Positions 1 through 12,869 of a DNA stretch of 64,000 nt are shown here, piece after piece. The stretch is from the NCBI RefSeq assembly GCF_964194155.1, contig NC_135887.1:39060001-39124000 (forward strand). The letters run 5' to 3'. Numbering within the stretch: the stretch's first letter is position 1; each line of letters opens with the position of its first letter. Source of the stretch: Cetorhinus maximus (Eukaryota). The position numbers and the translations under genes are program-made. The notes beneath the pieces were generated by a model. That model was given only the letters and a program-made list of their open reading frames with translations. It did no database searches and had not been told where the DNA came from.

Positions 1-951
1 TTCATCAGTCATGTTCTGGTCACAATCATTAGTGGTATCTTGGTTATCATCCTCATCCATTCGCTCTTCAAAAAGTAGTGCAAGGTCCAGAATTTCTTCC
101 TCTGGCTGGTAACTGTGGTCAATGGCAGTCTGGTCATCTTCTTCATCTACCTGCTCCTCAAAGAGTAACACAAGTTCCAGAATGCCTTCCTGTAGCTGCA
201 GATGTGGTGCTTTCTCTACGGAGACTAGTTCAAACCATTCTCAGTTGACCTGGGTTTCCATTGCTACTGGTGAATAAAGAAGCTGCAAAGCTATACAAGC
301 TTATCGGCTTAATAAGGAGCAGCCTTGATTATGAATAACATAGAGAGCGTCAGTAAGTTCTCTTCCATTAAATCAAAGTGTGGCAGTCATCTGCCCTTGC
401 GCTTTTCGTGAGGTGCCTACAGTGCCATAAAGTCGAGTGATAGATGGTTCGAGAAACTCAGGCTTCAGCCACTGTACCATATTAGAAAGAATTGACACTC
501 CTGCCCCTGTGTCCAACTTAAAATTGATTTTGTGGCCATTGACTATGATGTCTGCACTTCGTAAGTTCTCCTTAGATTTTGCAACTTCACCCAGGAAAGG
601 CACTTTGTGTTCCTCTGTATCTTCTATTTCCTGGATACTGCTTGCTCTGATTGACCTCCCTTTACATTTTTGAGAAGGAGGCTATGTTGCAGCATACCGC
701 TTTAAAATGGCTCTGCCTCAGGCAGGAATGACACTCAGCATGTATGGTGGGGCATTCATTGCCCCTATGGGGTTTGCTTGCATCACAACAGGTGCCCTGG
801 ATAATGGTAGCAAATGCCCTCTCTTCCGTCTGGGTCTGCTTTTTAGTGAGTGTGCCGGTACCTCTATTGCTCACAAACTGGACCGAAAATTGAAATACGA
901 ATCGAAGGCCTTAATGACCTTTTCACAAGTTGCTGCGTCCTCATTAACGCC
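1..951 (-). mobile_element. Degenerate Gypsy-like gag/protease remnant, truncated at 951 by a different LTR element
   Basis: Minus-strand ORFs show a CCHC knuckle (CHSCLRQSHFKAVC, 662-874) and a retropepsin active site (FKLDTGAGVSIL, 373-603). Confidence 0.8.
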
Positions 952-1207
952 TGTAGTAATTATGGTTTTATTTAGTGTGCAACATACCTTTAAGAATAAT
1001 ACTTGTTAGGCAAGATCACATGATCTTTAGTAACCAATAGGAGAACAGCACGGGCCACCTCAACAGTCAGTGTAGAGATAGAGTTGGAGTTGAAAGCACA
1101 CGTGTAGTTGCTGCTGAGTACATTGTAAATAAACTTACTGTTTCCACCCAAGAATTGTCTGCAGATCAATTCTATCACTAACAGCACAACTCAGCCACCC
1201 AACAACC
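952..1207 (+). repeat. 5' LTR (~256 bp)
   Basis: Starts TGTAGTAAT. Matches the reverse complements of the LTRs at 11313-11561 and 19757-20012. Followed directly by a PBS. Confidence 0.9.
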
Positions 1208-1210
1208 AAC

Positions 1211-1223
1211 TGGTAACGAGGAT
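1211..1223 (+). promoter_or_regulatory. Primer-binding site, probably tRNA-Ser(GCU)
   Basis: TGGTAACGAGGAT three bases after the LTR end; resembles TGGCGACGAGGAT, the complement of the vertebrate tRNA-Ser(GCU) 3' end. Confidence 0.7.
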
Positions 1224-1941
1224 AAAACAGGATTGAACAGAAGAAATCAAGTTAAAAAGAAATCGTCACTGTGCCTCGCCCAGTGATTGTAAGTAGCAAG
1301 CTCCATTAGAATTGAGGAAGTTATCCCCTCTCCAAATGCCACAATTTGGGAGAATTGATCCTTTTGAACCAGCCACAGATGATTGGACTCAATACATAGA
1401 ACGCCTCACATTCTTCTTTCAAGCAAATGACATTATGGGGGAAGAGAATAGGCGAGTGATCCTCTTGAGTACTTGTGGGAGCAAAACCTACGGTTTGATT
1501 TGAAGTTTGACAGCACCCAGTGCCTCAGATTCAAAGAATTTCGATGAATTGGTCAACCTTATGAAGGGTCACTTTCAACCCAAGCCCTCAGTCATGAAGC
1601 AGAGGTTCAGGTTTCATTCACAAAATAGAGCCCCAGGTGAGACAATTGCATGCTACGTGGCAAATTTGAAGCAGCTAACGGAACATTGTGAGTTTGGTAC
1701 GGCTCTGAATGACATGCTCAGAGATCGTTTAGTGTGTGGTGTATAAGAGGACACTATTCATAAAAGCTTATTGTCCAAAGTGAATTTGGATGTCAAGAAG
1801 GCACTAGAGATGGCGCTGGCCATAAGCAGAGTAACTGTCCATTATGGAAGCCAATCGGCAAAGCTACCAGTGTTAGTATTGATAGGCAGAGGACCAAGCC
1901 TTCTAGGGTGACATTGGCTAAGAGAAATCAACCTTGATTGG

Positions 1942-2545
1942 CCACTGAGATTCCAAAAGGAAGCTGGAAGCATTCCTGTTTTGAAAAAGGAGTGTGTAAG
2001 GACTCAACAACCTGAAGAAATGCAGGCTGTCTTAAGCCAAAACTGAAGAACAGCAGAAGGATCTCAAAGAGACCCTGCTTGATGACCGAGTTCAAGACGA
2101 GGTGAGCAACCTTTGCAAGGAAAAAGAAAACCTGTTGAATGACCTTTACATGCTACAAGATTCCCTCAGGTCAAAGTTTGTACCTCTGGGAAAGTATGAA
2201 GAGAAACAGAAAGAATTCAGCACCTCTCTGATTAAACTCAAGAATCAGTTGGCAAAGAAGGTGCAACAATGTTCAATTTTCCAGGAGGCAGCAAATAAAT
2301 ACAATAAAGAGACAGAAGAGCTGAAGAATCAGCTAAATGAAACCAAAGTGGCTTTAGAAGCAAAAGTCACAGAATTTCCCAAACAGCAGAAAGATAATGA
2401 AATTCTGGGAGACTCAGCCACTGAGCTCAGACAAGTTCAACTTGCATCTGAGAGAAATCTGGCCAGTAGTGAGGTCAAAAAGAAGGCCGAGATTAAAGTC
2501 TGTGGTTGAAAGAAGAAGGCACTTAGAAAGAAGATACAGAAATAC
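1942..2545 (+). pseudogene. Captured coiled-coil host fragment (UACA/RAI14/ANKRD24-family-like) inside Gypsy pol
   Basis: Translation ..QDEVSNLCKEKENLLNDLYMLQDSLRSKFVPLGKYEEKQKEFSTSLIKLKNQL.. resembles the UACA coiled-coil repeats (comparison from memory). Has one frameshift near 2040. Absent from the sister Gypsy copy. Confidence 0.6.
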
Positions 2546-3231
2546 TAATAGGGCCTTAATTCTGGCAGCTTTCATGCATAGGCCTGAAAATCAAATCATA
2601 AACTGCGATGCCCTTAGTCGTTTGCCTTTATAAGAAAATGATGAGCACGTCCCAGTTCTACAGTAAGTTGTTTTACTGTTAAATTTCTTAGATTCCTCAC
2701 CAGTATGTGCTCGACAGATCAGAGGCCAGGCAATTCGGGACCCAATCCTACCTCAAGTACGAGAACAAGTGCTACATGGTTGTCTCAGGAGCCCGGTATC
2801 TGATGGAATGAAACTGTACTTCAACAGAAGACATGAAATAACCAGCCAGGATGGCATCTTATTTTGGGAGCACGAGTGATAGTTCCTCCAAAGGGAAGGG
2901 AGCCACTTTTAATTGAGCTCACAGTGCCCATCCAGGAATTTCCCGAATGAAGAGCATAACACACAGCTATCTATGGTGGCCTGGGACGGATGGTGAAATA
3001 GAGAGTTTATAAAGCACTGTGTGCAATGTCAGCAACTGCAAAAGTTTCCAGCGACAGCTCCATTTCACCCGTGGGAGTGGCCAGGTTGACCCTGGGTGTG
3101 GTTACACATTGACTACGCTGGACCTCTCCTGGGAACAATGATTCTGCTCATTGTCAAAGCCCATTCAAAATGGTTGGACATATATGAGGTGAAGTCACCA
3201 ATGTCGGGCACTACAATTGAAAAACTACGTC

Positions 3232-4523
3232 TGTAGGGGTGGTAGTGTGTGTCAGCTTCACCTCTGACTTTTGAGCGGCCCGAATCACTCCCACTCCCTG
3301 GGTTCTAGACCTTGGACTTATTTGGAGGTTGTGACAAAGTGCAGCAGACAACTGGTTTTGGTGCAAGGAAAAAAAAACTGGGTTTATTGAAGTCACAAAT
3401 GAACTTATAACATTAGGATTACACTGAGATTATACAGACCTACAAAGTACACTTAGTTAAGAATGGGGAACACACGGCATAACGAGGGAAAATCACGCTA
3501 CTAATCCCCTTACCCTTGTCCCACCCCCAAAACCTAACTAAATTGAACTAGGAGAGATCAGGGATCATGCTCACCAACCAGGGTTCCTTGACAGTTTGAA
3601 ATCCAGCCAGGTAAGCCGGTTGCAGTCGTGGGGTATGCTCTTTGTGTCCTCTGGGGCCTGCCATCTCCACATGGTCCTGGTCTGTGGAATCTGCGAAGGT
3701 TCTTCAGTTGGGTGGAGGGCGCGGTTGTGGGTGGTCGATCTTCGTGGACGGCTGTGGTTGCATCCTTGTTGTCTTCGGTTGAGCCTGCCACCCCATGCCC
3801 CTCGTCATGATGTTGCCTGTGGGCCTGCAAACCTCCAGATCTCCTCCCTGCTTAAACTCTGCTTCAAGCGCTCCAAAAACTGCTCACCCTTCAGATCGCC
3901 TTCCTCCGCTTAGCTCAGCTCCCTGCTTAAAACTCTGCTTCAATCTCTCTAAAAACTGTTCACCCCACTGTGTCCCCTCCACCTTCATAACTGGTGACCC
4001 AGTTATACTATTTTTTCGAATTTCTTATCTGAAACCAAATCAAGGTTAGTTCTTTGTCTGATTTTGGTGGGCTTCCCCAGGTGATTGTTGTCTCGTTGTT
4101 TTTAATGGGCTCGCATGATGTTTATCGTTGTCTTCCTGTCCCCGTAACTAGTCTTGAACTGAAAGCCATTGTATATGTGGAGTATTGATAGGTTCGCATA
4201 ATTGCATTGATGGCTGCCTTCATGCCTTAGTAGTTAGTAGTGATTATTTATGCAAGGTTTTGATGGGCTTTAGTTTCATGTAAGATGAAGTCTTTCTCTG
4301 GGTTGATCGTTATAAAGGGAAGAATGTGTATTCTGTCTCCTCTCGTTTGGTTCCAGGCAGCAATCCACACTGCACGCAACAAGCCCGGGCATGTCCAGTC
4401 CCAGGCCTTCATGGGCTGCAGGGTTCTACACTTAACCCAGCAGTTGGGTCCTCTGCCATAAAAGTCCAAAAGTCATATCCTTGTTGATGATATGAAAAAT
4501 GTGGGAATTTTGAGAACCCTTCA
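3232..4523 (-). mobile_element. Long solo LTR (~1.29 kb) inserted in the Gypsy integrase
   Basis: Termini TGTAGGGG...CCCTTCA; 4-bp TSD CGTC (3228-3231 and 4524-4527). The host integrase resumes on both sides. Minus-strand AATAAA near 3384-3389. Confidence 0.85.
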
Positions 4524-4698
4524 CGTCAGAGTTTTGCAATTCACGGACTATCAGAAGTAATCATTTCCAATAACAGCACGGCTAGCCCAACATTTATTGC
4601 CCATCCAGATACTGGCTGTTCAATCTTCAACAATTATCTTCAGTGCTACAGACCTGCTTGGCTCAGGTTCTGATTCCTCAGTTTGGGAGGTGTCAGCT

Positions 4699-4760
4699 GT
4701 GGCTCAGTTCATAGCACCCTCGCCTTTGAATCAGAGGGTTGTGGGTTCATGTCCCACTCC
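4699..4760 (+). mobile_element. tRNA-derived SINE head fragment
   Basis: A-box-like GTGGCTCAGTT and B-box-like GGTTCATGTCCC at tRNA-like spacing; too diverged to be a tRNA gene. Confidence 0.55.
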
Positions 4761-5454
4761 TGGAAAACCAAGAACTGTGATTGTACTCGAAAGAAGTTGC
4801 AATCTGTGACTGTTGGTAACTCGAAAAGAGTTTCCTCAGTTTGGCCACAAAGCATTGGCTTAGCTTCAATCTACCATCACTAAGAACACCATCTCAACTC
4901 AACCCAAAGGCACCTCCTCCCTGTTTCATCAAGTCAATTGTACTTGCTGCACTAAGCCATGCTGCATTGTTCTGGCAGTGGTGATTTTGAGTTGGATTTT
5001 CAGCTTGATAAATTGTCATTACTTCAGAAGGATGCACCCAGCTGAACTGAATTTCCAACCCTGCAAGCATTTACATTGCATACTTCTCAGAGAAACACAA
5101 TTGGGTGTACTCGGCACAATTCAGAGGACTGTTTGGTTATCATGACCTTCATCAGGCAAGATATTTGGCAACATAATGTATGTATTTTTTAAAAACAAAA
5201 TTAAGTTCACCAGTAAATTAAGCCCCAAGATGCCTTTTTTTGGCCAATAGGATGTAGATTTGAAATTTCACATGATGCGGAATGGTTCATTTTTTTCCCA
5301 TTTACCCTGGTTTTCTCCTCTTCTGTAAGATTTGGCCTACACAGAGGTACAATTCAGTGTGCACTGATAACTGTCCAGAAGCTCTCCCAAGTGGCCCTAT
5401 TTAATGTGTGAGCCTGACAGTGACATCAGCAGTCCGTATTATATCTTACCAATA

Positions 5455-5620
5455 TAAAAACAGAAAATGCTGGAAATACTCAGCAAGTCTGCAATGTCTA
5501 TGGTGAGAGAAACAGGGCAAACATTTCTTCAGAAGAGTCATTCTCAGACCTGCTGAATATTTCCAGCACTTCGGTTTTCATTTCAGATTTCCAGCATCTG
5601 CAATATTTTGCTTTTATTTC
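5455..5620. mobile_element. Penelope-like terminal repeat remnant forming a short inverted pair
   Basis: GCTGGAAATACTCAGCA...TGCTGAATATTTCCAGC, similar to the termini of the element at 33283-35615. Confidence 0.6.
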
Positions 5621-7625
5621 TATAATACCAACCCTGCCCTTTCCACTTTCCACTAAGTGGGAGTGAATGAACAGCCATTGGAGTGAAATCAGAAGCAGGA
5701 ATTCTTGTTGATGTTTCCCTCTCCCAATTCCAGACACTCGATTGTAACCAAGCCCATAACCCAAAGAGCAACAATCCCATAGGGTTAATTGGCTTAAAAA
5801 TAGGAGGTCCTGAACAGTGATTGTACAAGTAATAATGGAGAATACCATCATGTGTGTCAGTTCTCAGTCTCCAGGTCTACAAAGTGAAAGGAGAATTACC
5901 TGCAATAACAGAGCCCAGAATATACCAGGATGTTCAGACCTCAGGTAATAGTCAAATTGGTGGCCTCCTGCATCCAGACACCAATGAGCCAAGGATTCTA
6001 CCCACTGTCTGAAGCTGCTGAGAATCTAGTGTCATTAACATTTATTGAATGAGAATGGATTCCTCTGAATAACTTAGAGTGCCCATTTTGGACTACAAAG
6101 ACAGATCATGTGTGGCTGAGATGCCTACTCAATACTTGATCCCTCAGTAAATCCTCTCTCAGGTAGCTCTCCATCCAGTGAGAAAAGCTCAAGGACTCCT
6201 CTAGCTGGTTGGTTGGCCATGGTTTTGGCCAGCAGATTTCTCTTCAAAGGTTCCTGTGCAGCAGGATTTATTTCAGGCAGAAGTACTGTCACTGTGGCCA
6301 AAATCATCCCAACCATCCTGGAAATGAACCTTTAAGACAGTGGAAAGACTATAGAGTTAAATAAAGAATACTCATGGCATGGAATCATTTCCATCCACTT
6401 AAACAGGCAGAAAGGACCTCACCTTAATGCCTCACTCAACCAAGGCTCATTCTGCTCTCTCTCTCTGCAAAATAAAATGTTCTAAGCAGCATTAATGCAA
6501 ATTTTAATGCTTGTCAAAACATATCATGGAGGAGAACAGTTCAATTGGTCATGAAGATGGAGCTTTTAGTTGCAAAGACTAAAAAAAAACCACAAGACTT
6601 CGGAAAAGATGCAACAAACACCTCTTCAACATCACTTAGTGTTACCAAAATGCTTACGTAGTATTCATAAGCTTATGGCAATTTTATGTAAACTTTATTT
6701 ATCTGAATAATGGTACATTCCTTCCAGAATTTCTTTGCTCTAAGTTTTACTTGTCCTCTCTCAGATACATACAATAATGAAGACAATGGTCTCTTTAGAA
6801 TGGGACACCCAGAAGGAGATAAATTTACCAAGTTACAAGAAAGCTTTCTGATTTAAAAAGTGAGTACTATTACCAAGCTGAGTAGTAAAATGGCAGTTTC
6901 CTGTTGTATATGATTAAATGCGGTCAGGAATTCATACACAGTAAATGGGGATAAACCAAAATTAGTAGATGCTGCAATTCGTTCCGCTGGAGTGCATGGC
7001 AGAGACAAAGAGGTAGTTATTATCCAGAACCTGGTGTGGTCATTGTTTCATATTGATTCTAAGCAAATAATTAACCTTCCTCCAGTAATATTCATTTCTG
7101 GTAGCTATAAGTATGAGAGCTGAACATTCTTCTGGGGCTAGCCCAGTATAAATATTTGCTGCATGTCTGTTTAAAAACTGATCAAATCATGCTCCTCATT
7201 TTGAAATAGGACCCTATGCTAAGTGGATTAGCGATTTGAGGTCTGTATAGAGGGTCAGGTGGCAAAGTTCAATAACCCCCCAGAAATGGGCATAGGGTTT
7301 GCGATATGAAATTAGCCCCTGCCTGTTGCTTCCAGTTCAGACTACAAGCAAACTTTGTGCTACCTTCAAATTTACATGATCGTAGCATTCAGCCAGGATT
7401 AAGCGTGTTGTTGAGTGGCTGCACATGAGCAAGGTGCACAAAATCACAAAAGGCTAGTAAAAGTTAAAGCTAGCCTATGCTAGTTGAAGCCAGCCTGCAC
7501 CTCTTACGGAAGAGATGCAATCTGAGTGGAGCAGCTGCTGGAAGTCATTCTACAACTGATTCTGACCTGGGAAAGAAACAAAAATGGCAGAGGGCTGGCT
7601 CCAAAATTCTGTGCTGGTGGGCTTG

Positions 7626-8745
7626 ATTTTTTTAAATTCTTTCATCAGGTGTGGACATTGCTGGCTGGGCCAACATTTATTGCCCATCTTTAATTGCCCT
7701 CGAGAAGGTGGTGATGAGCTGCCTTCTTGAACCGCTGCAGTCCATGTGCTGTAAGTATACCCACAGTACTGTTAGGGAGGGAGTTCCAGGATTTTGACCC
7801 AGCGACAGTAAAGGAACAGCGATATATTTCTAAATCAAGATGGTGAGTGGCTTGGAGGGGAATTTGCAGAAGGTGGTACCCCTGTGCATTTGCTGCCCTC
7901 GTTCTTCTAGGTGGTGGAGGTTGTGGGTTTGGAAGGTTCTGTCGAAGGAACCTTGGTGACTTGCTGCAGTGCATCTTGTAGATGGTGCACACTGCTGCCA
8001 CTGTGCATTGGTGGTGGAGGGATTGAAAGTATAAGGTGGCGGATAGGGCACTAATCAAGGGGTCTGCTTTGTCCTGGATGGTGTCAAGCTCCTAGGGTGT
8101 TCTTGGAGTTGCACTCATCCAGGCAAGCGGACAATATTCCACCACACTCTTGACTTGTAGGTGGTGGACAGGCTTTGTGGAGTTAGGAAGCGAGTTACTC
8201 GCTGCAGATTTCCCAGCCTCTGACCTGCCTTTGTAGCCACAGTATTTATATGGCGGGTCCAAATCAGCTTATGGGCAATGGTTACCCCTAGAATGTTGAC
8301 AGAGGGTGAATTCAGTGATTATAAAGCCATTGAATGTCAGTGGGAGATGGTTAGATTCTCTCTTGTTGGAGATGGTCATCGCCTGGCACTTGCGTGGCAC
8401 AAATGTTACTTGCCACTTCATGCCCAAGCCTGAATGTTGCCCAGGTCTTGCTGCATATAGGCACAGATGCTTCAGTATCTGAGGAGTCCCTAATGGTGCT
8501 GAACATTCTGCAATCATCAGCGAACATCCCACTTCTGACCTTATGATGGAGGGAAAGTCATTGATGAAGCAGCTGAAGATACTTGGGCCTAGGACACTAA
8601 CCTGAGGAACTCCTGCTGTGATGTCCTGGGCTGAGATGACTGACCTCCAACAACCACAACCATCTCCCTTTGTGCTGGGTATGACTCTGACCAGTGGAGA
8701 GTTTTCCCCCTGATTTCCATTGACTTCGGTATTGCAGAGCGCACC
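7626..8745 (-). mobile_element. CR1/L2-clade LINE, 3' fragment
   Basis: RT motif GVPQVSVLGPSIFSCFIND and C-terminus WNSLP..FKKAAHHHLLEGN. Other pieces of this family lie at ~30665-31143, 32970-33140, 49970-50165, 54275-54375, 58090-58290 and 61215-61290. Confidence 0.85.
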
Positions 8746-8749
8746 ACAC

Positions 8750-9870
8750 CAGAGATAACAGCAACCACAGAGGGCCAGGAGGTCCTCCAGGTGAAATTTC
8801 CAAAGGCAGTGAGACCAGATAGTCATGTCGGTCAATGCCAGGAGTCGAGCTCTGAGAACCAGGATGCAGTGCTGCAAGAAGTTAATGACCTCACACGAGT
8901 GGCTAAGATCAATGTCATACCCCATCAATTGCTCTACTAGTCTTACAAACTGCTCAATGCACCACACTCCTTCACTTACCTACCAACAATCTCCATCAAT
9001 CAGGACTCACACATATCATTCATAGCTTCACCTCATCCTCACAAACTTAACACTGCTGCAAGCCTCATACCCACAGCTCACATATACGGCAGCTATTCCA
9101 CCGTGACAGTCAAATCACCCAAACACATTGTACCATACTCATTGACACATTTCCCCCTTTCTTGCAGGTGATGATGAAGCATAACTGGGGGCAGCAGCTC
9201 TGAACTGCTGGGGGTCAGGCTCAGCTGCACGTCTCCACCACCTTGGAGGAGATGGTAGTCCCCAATACTGGAGCAGCTATGACTATGGGCAGGATTTTCC
9301 CCACCCGCCTGCCACCAGGATCATCCGGTGCCACCGCAAGTCAATGAACTTCTGGCTGGGGGGCCGCCTCACCTGCAGTGAGTCCCACCCGCGATGGGGC
9401 CAGAAAATCCCAGCCTATGGCTATGGTCAGCAGTGAGGCTGAAACCAGTGAAGATAACAGTACTGTCATATATAATCCTCCTTTTCATATCTCATTTCCT
9501 CCTCCCTCAATCTTTTCTGAATTACAAATTGCAGATGGCATAAGCATGCACTTCTTACTTTCGCACCCTCCTCTCATCACAAAACTAGCTTTGTGCCTTT
9601 CCTCTTTCAGATATTCAAGATCTGCAACATGTCCATGTAGTGTGGAGGAGCTAGAGCTGGAGGAGCAAGAGACAGTGATGATGAAGACACACCGCCACTC
9701 ACTCTCACACTGCCTAGCCACCAGCTCAGATATTGACACAACGTGTACTTAGACAAAAACTTAGAGCGGGGGGATCGGCATGTGGTGAGACACCAGACAT
9801 GAGTGACCTACAGCTAGGGCACAAGACAAGGGTAGCACAAATGCCAGCTCACCAGACAGCCTCATTTCCC
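8750..9870 (+). mobile_element. Decayed Harbinger-associated Myb/SANT gene remnant
   Basis: RTRMQCCKK resembles the QCRKKFNDL helix and is followed by intron/exon-like segments. Similar remnants occur at 28810-30013, 31960-32900 and 51030-51260. Confidence 0.5.
9287..9415. mobile_element. 129-bp Harbinger-type MITE
   Basis: TIRs GGGCAGGATTTT...AAAATCCCAGCC; 3-bp TSD TAT. Confidence 0.75.
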
Positions 9871-9914
9871 TACTTGACATAAACTGTGAGTGAATATCAA
9901 CATCCCAGCTTAGA

Positions 9915-12010
9915 ATCATAAAAAGATAGAGGACAAAAAGAAGACCATTTGGCCCATCATGCCAGTGCCAGCTCTTTGTTAGAGTTATCCAATTAGTCCC
10001 AATCCCCTGCTCTTTCCTCATAGCCCTGTCAAATTTACCCATCATGTATTTACCCAATTCCATTTTGAAAATTACTATTGAATCTGTACTGCCATCCTTT
10101 CAAGCAGTCCATTTCAGGTCACAACAACTCACTATGTGAAATATTTTTCACCTTGTGTTGCCTCTGGTTCTTTTGCCAGTCACCTTAAACCTGGGTCCTC
10201 TGATTTCTGACCCTTCTGCCATTTGAGATAGTTCTCCTTATTTAATCTATCAAAAATTTTCATGATTCAACAGCTTCAAGATTTCAACAGCTCTATTAAA
10301 TCTCCTCCAAACTTCCTCTACTTCAGCCTCTCCACATAACTGGCGTCCTTAGACCTGGTACCATTCTTGTAAATCTTTTCTACTCCCTCTCTTTGGCTTG
10401 ACATTCCTAAAATGTTGTGCCTGGCATTGAGCACAACACTCCAGCTGAGGCTTAACTTTCTTGATTTTGCACTCTATTTGTCTCTATTAATAAGCCAATC
10501 ACACAACTGGCCCTGTCACCTCCAAGCACCTGTGTATGTACAACCAGTTCTCTCTGTTCCTGCACTTCCTTTAAAATGTATCACTTCTCTGCATTAACTT
10601 TCATCTGTCATGTGTCTGCCCAATTCACCAGTCTGTCTATGTCATCCCGAAGTCTATTACTATTCATCTCATTGTTCAGACTATTTCTGAATTTTGCATC
10701 ATCTACAATCTTTAAATTACTTCTTATACCGAAATCCAGGTTATTAATATTTATCAAAAAGGACAGAGATCCTAATACCAATCCCAGGGAGACAGCGCTA
10801 CACACTTTCCTTTAATCAAAAAAACAACCAGTCACTTCTGCTTTCTCTCTTAGCTAACTTCTTACCACACCGCTACTGTCCCCTTAATGATCCCATGGGC
10901 TTTAATTTTGCTAACAAATCTATTATGTGGTGTTTTATTAAATGCTTTTGAAAGTTCATAAACAAAAAGTCAATTGTCCTACCCTCTCCACTACTTCATC
11001 AAAGAACTTGATCAAATTAGTCAAACATAATGTGCCCTTAACAAATCTGTGCTGACGTTCATTTTATAGTCCATACTTTCCCATGTGCCAATTAATTTAC
11101 CCCAGGGTTCTTGACTCTAAAAGTTTCCCGAAATGAATGTCAGGCCAACTGGCCTTTGGTTGCCCAGGTTAATCCCGCTCCTCTTTTTTGAGCAGGGTTA
11201 ACATTTGCAAACCTTCAGTCCTGTCTACATCCATACCTAAGGAGATTGGGAAAATGTGCTCAGTGACTCCATAATTTCCATCTTTGCTTCCCTCAGTAAT
11301 AAAGAATGTATCTGTTGTAGGGTGGCTGGGTTGTGCTAGTAATGATAGAATTGAGCTGCAGTCACTTCTCGGGTGGAAAAATTACGTTAATTTACAATAT
11401 ACTCAGCAGCAAATACACATGTGTTTTCAACTCTAACTCTACACTGACTGCTGAGGTAGTCCGTGCTACTCTCCTATTGGTTACTACAGATCATGTGATC
11501 TTGCCTAACAAGTATTATTCTTAAAGTACATTACACACTAAATAAAACCATAATTACTACAGTATCCCACCTGGACCAAGTGAATTTTCTACCTTAAGTA
11601 CTGCTTATTTCAGGAATTCCTCCCCTCTTTACCCTTTACACTATTAATATCCCAGGCCAAATTAAGATAATTCAAGCCTCCAGTTATCATTAGTTAATAG
11701 CATTTCTCTGTAATTTGTTTGCAAATTTGCTTCTTTATCTCCTTCCCAGTATTTGGTGCCCTAGATTACACAATCGGTGTTGTAATAGCTCATCTAATGC
11801 TCCTTAAGACTAACTAAATAGATTCTGTCCCTCAACTATACTATCCCTTTCTAGCGCTACAATTGTTTATTTAATAAATACTGTCACTCCTGCCTTCTCA
11901 TTTTTCTTCCCTACATTGTAACCAGGAATATTAAATTCTTAATCCTCCACTTTTTTGAGATAGGTCTCTTGTTATTGCCAATAAATCATAGTTCCACACA
12001 GCAACATGTA
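9915..12010 (-). mobile_element. Old CR1 LINE remnant(s)
   Basis: Minus-strand peptide GLVLGSLSFLININNLD...RLRDDIDRLVNWAD is a degenerate CR1 RT; CR1-like 3' tail near 9915. Confidence 0.7.
11313..11561 (-). mobile_element. Solo LTR of the 952/19757 Gypsy family
   Basis: TGTTGTAG...ACTACA with a perfect 5-bp TSD GTATC (11308-11312 and 11562-11566). Confidence 0.92.
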
Positions 12011-12502
12011 CCTTTGATCACTCTTCTGAACTATTCTTTACTCTAGTGCTATTTGTCTTTCAGAGGCTTCTGTGTACCTTGTTTGTCCTTTCTAATATTT
12101 CATCATCGTGCCTAATGCCCCCTGTCAGCAAGTTGTGGAAACAGGTTCATCTGAAGGTTGTGTAAAAGATTGCATATATAACTGTTACTTCATTGATGTG
12201 TTTGGAATATAAAATGAGAGGTGCTAGTAAATGCAGTTAAATTAAAACCATTTCTTGCTAAAATAAAACAGATCATCTGGTAGGAGCACTGCAGCAATGT
12301 AGTCTTCTCCTCTGTTGAATGTGCAGTTTGAGTTCCGTCAATAGGCGATATGTGGAAAACACAGCTACAATTAACACAGCTTATCAGTAAACCTGTAATC
12401 ACAGGTGTTATGCTTACACTCCTGATTTTGTAATAGCAGCCAGTACACCAGGGTATCAAACTTGTCACAAGAATAGGCATACTGCACCTCTGACCTTGTA
12501 AT

Positions 12503-12759
12503 TGTAGTATGATGGTGTCCAGGACTGTAAAGAATAATGTGGGACTGGGGAAACTGTACTACCCACATTATGATGTAGAAAATCACATAGTAGTAGTAGA
12601 GTGTAGTGATGAGTCTGGTAGAAGTCAGCGGGAAGATAGCACCTAGTCACGACTGTATTCTGTATATATGTACATAGTTATGTGTTATTAACAAACAGTT
12701 ATTGTTCAACATACAAGCCCTCTAGACCTCTTCATGAGACAACATACAACCTCACAACA
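12503..12759 (+). mobile_element. Solo LTR (257 bp) of a different family
   Basis: TGTAGTAT...CACAACA with a perfect 5-bp TSD GTAAT (12498-12502 and 12760-12764). Confidence 0.85.
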
Positions 12760-12869
12760 GTAATAGCACATCCACATTTTAAACGTCTAACAGTAGCTAG
12801 TATACTAACATTCCAGATATGTAATAGTGGTATACACACATTCCTGACCTTGTAACATCAATTCATATA

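Larger units (their letters stand above)
952..4582 (+). mobile_element. Internally rearranged Gypsy element: 5' LTR, gag, protease end, captured insert, RNase H tail, integrase N-terminus; 3'-truncated
   Basis: Gag reads MPQFGRIDPF..DWTQYIERL and EHCEFG..LRDRLVCG; then DALSRLP and the integrase HHCC region. Colinear with the minus-strand copy at 19757-23535. Confidence 0.9.

Noticed and set aside
4699-4760. tRNA gene
   Set aside because: Only A/B-box similarity, with no complete cloverleaf; better explained as a SINE head.
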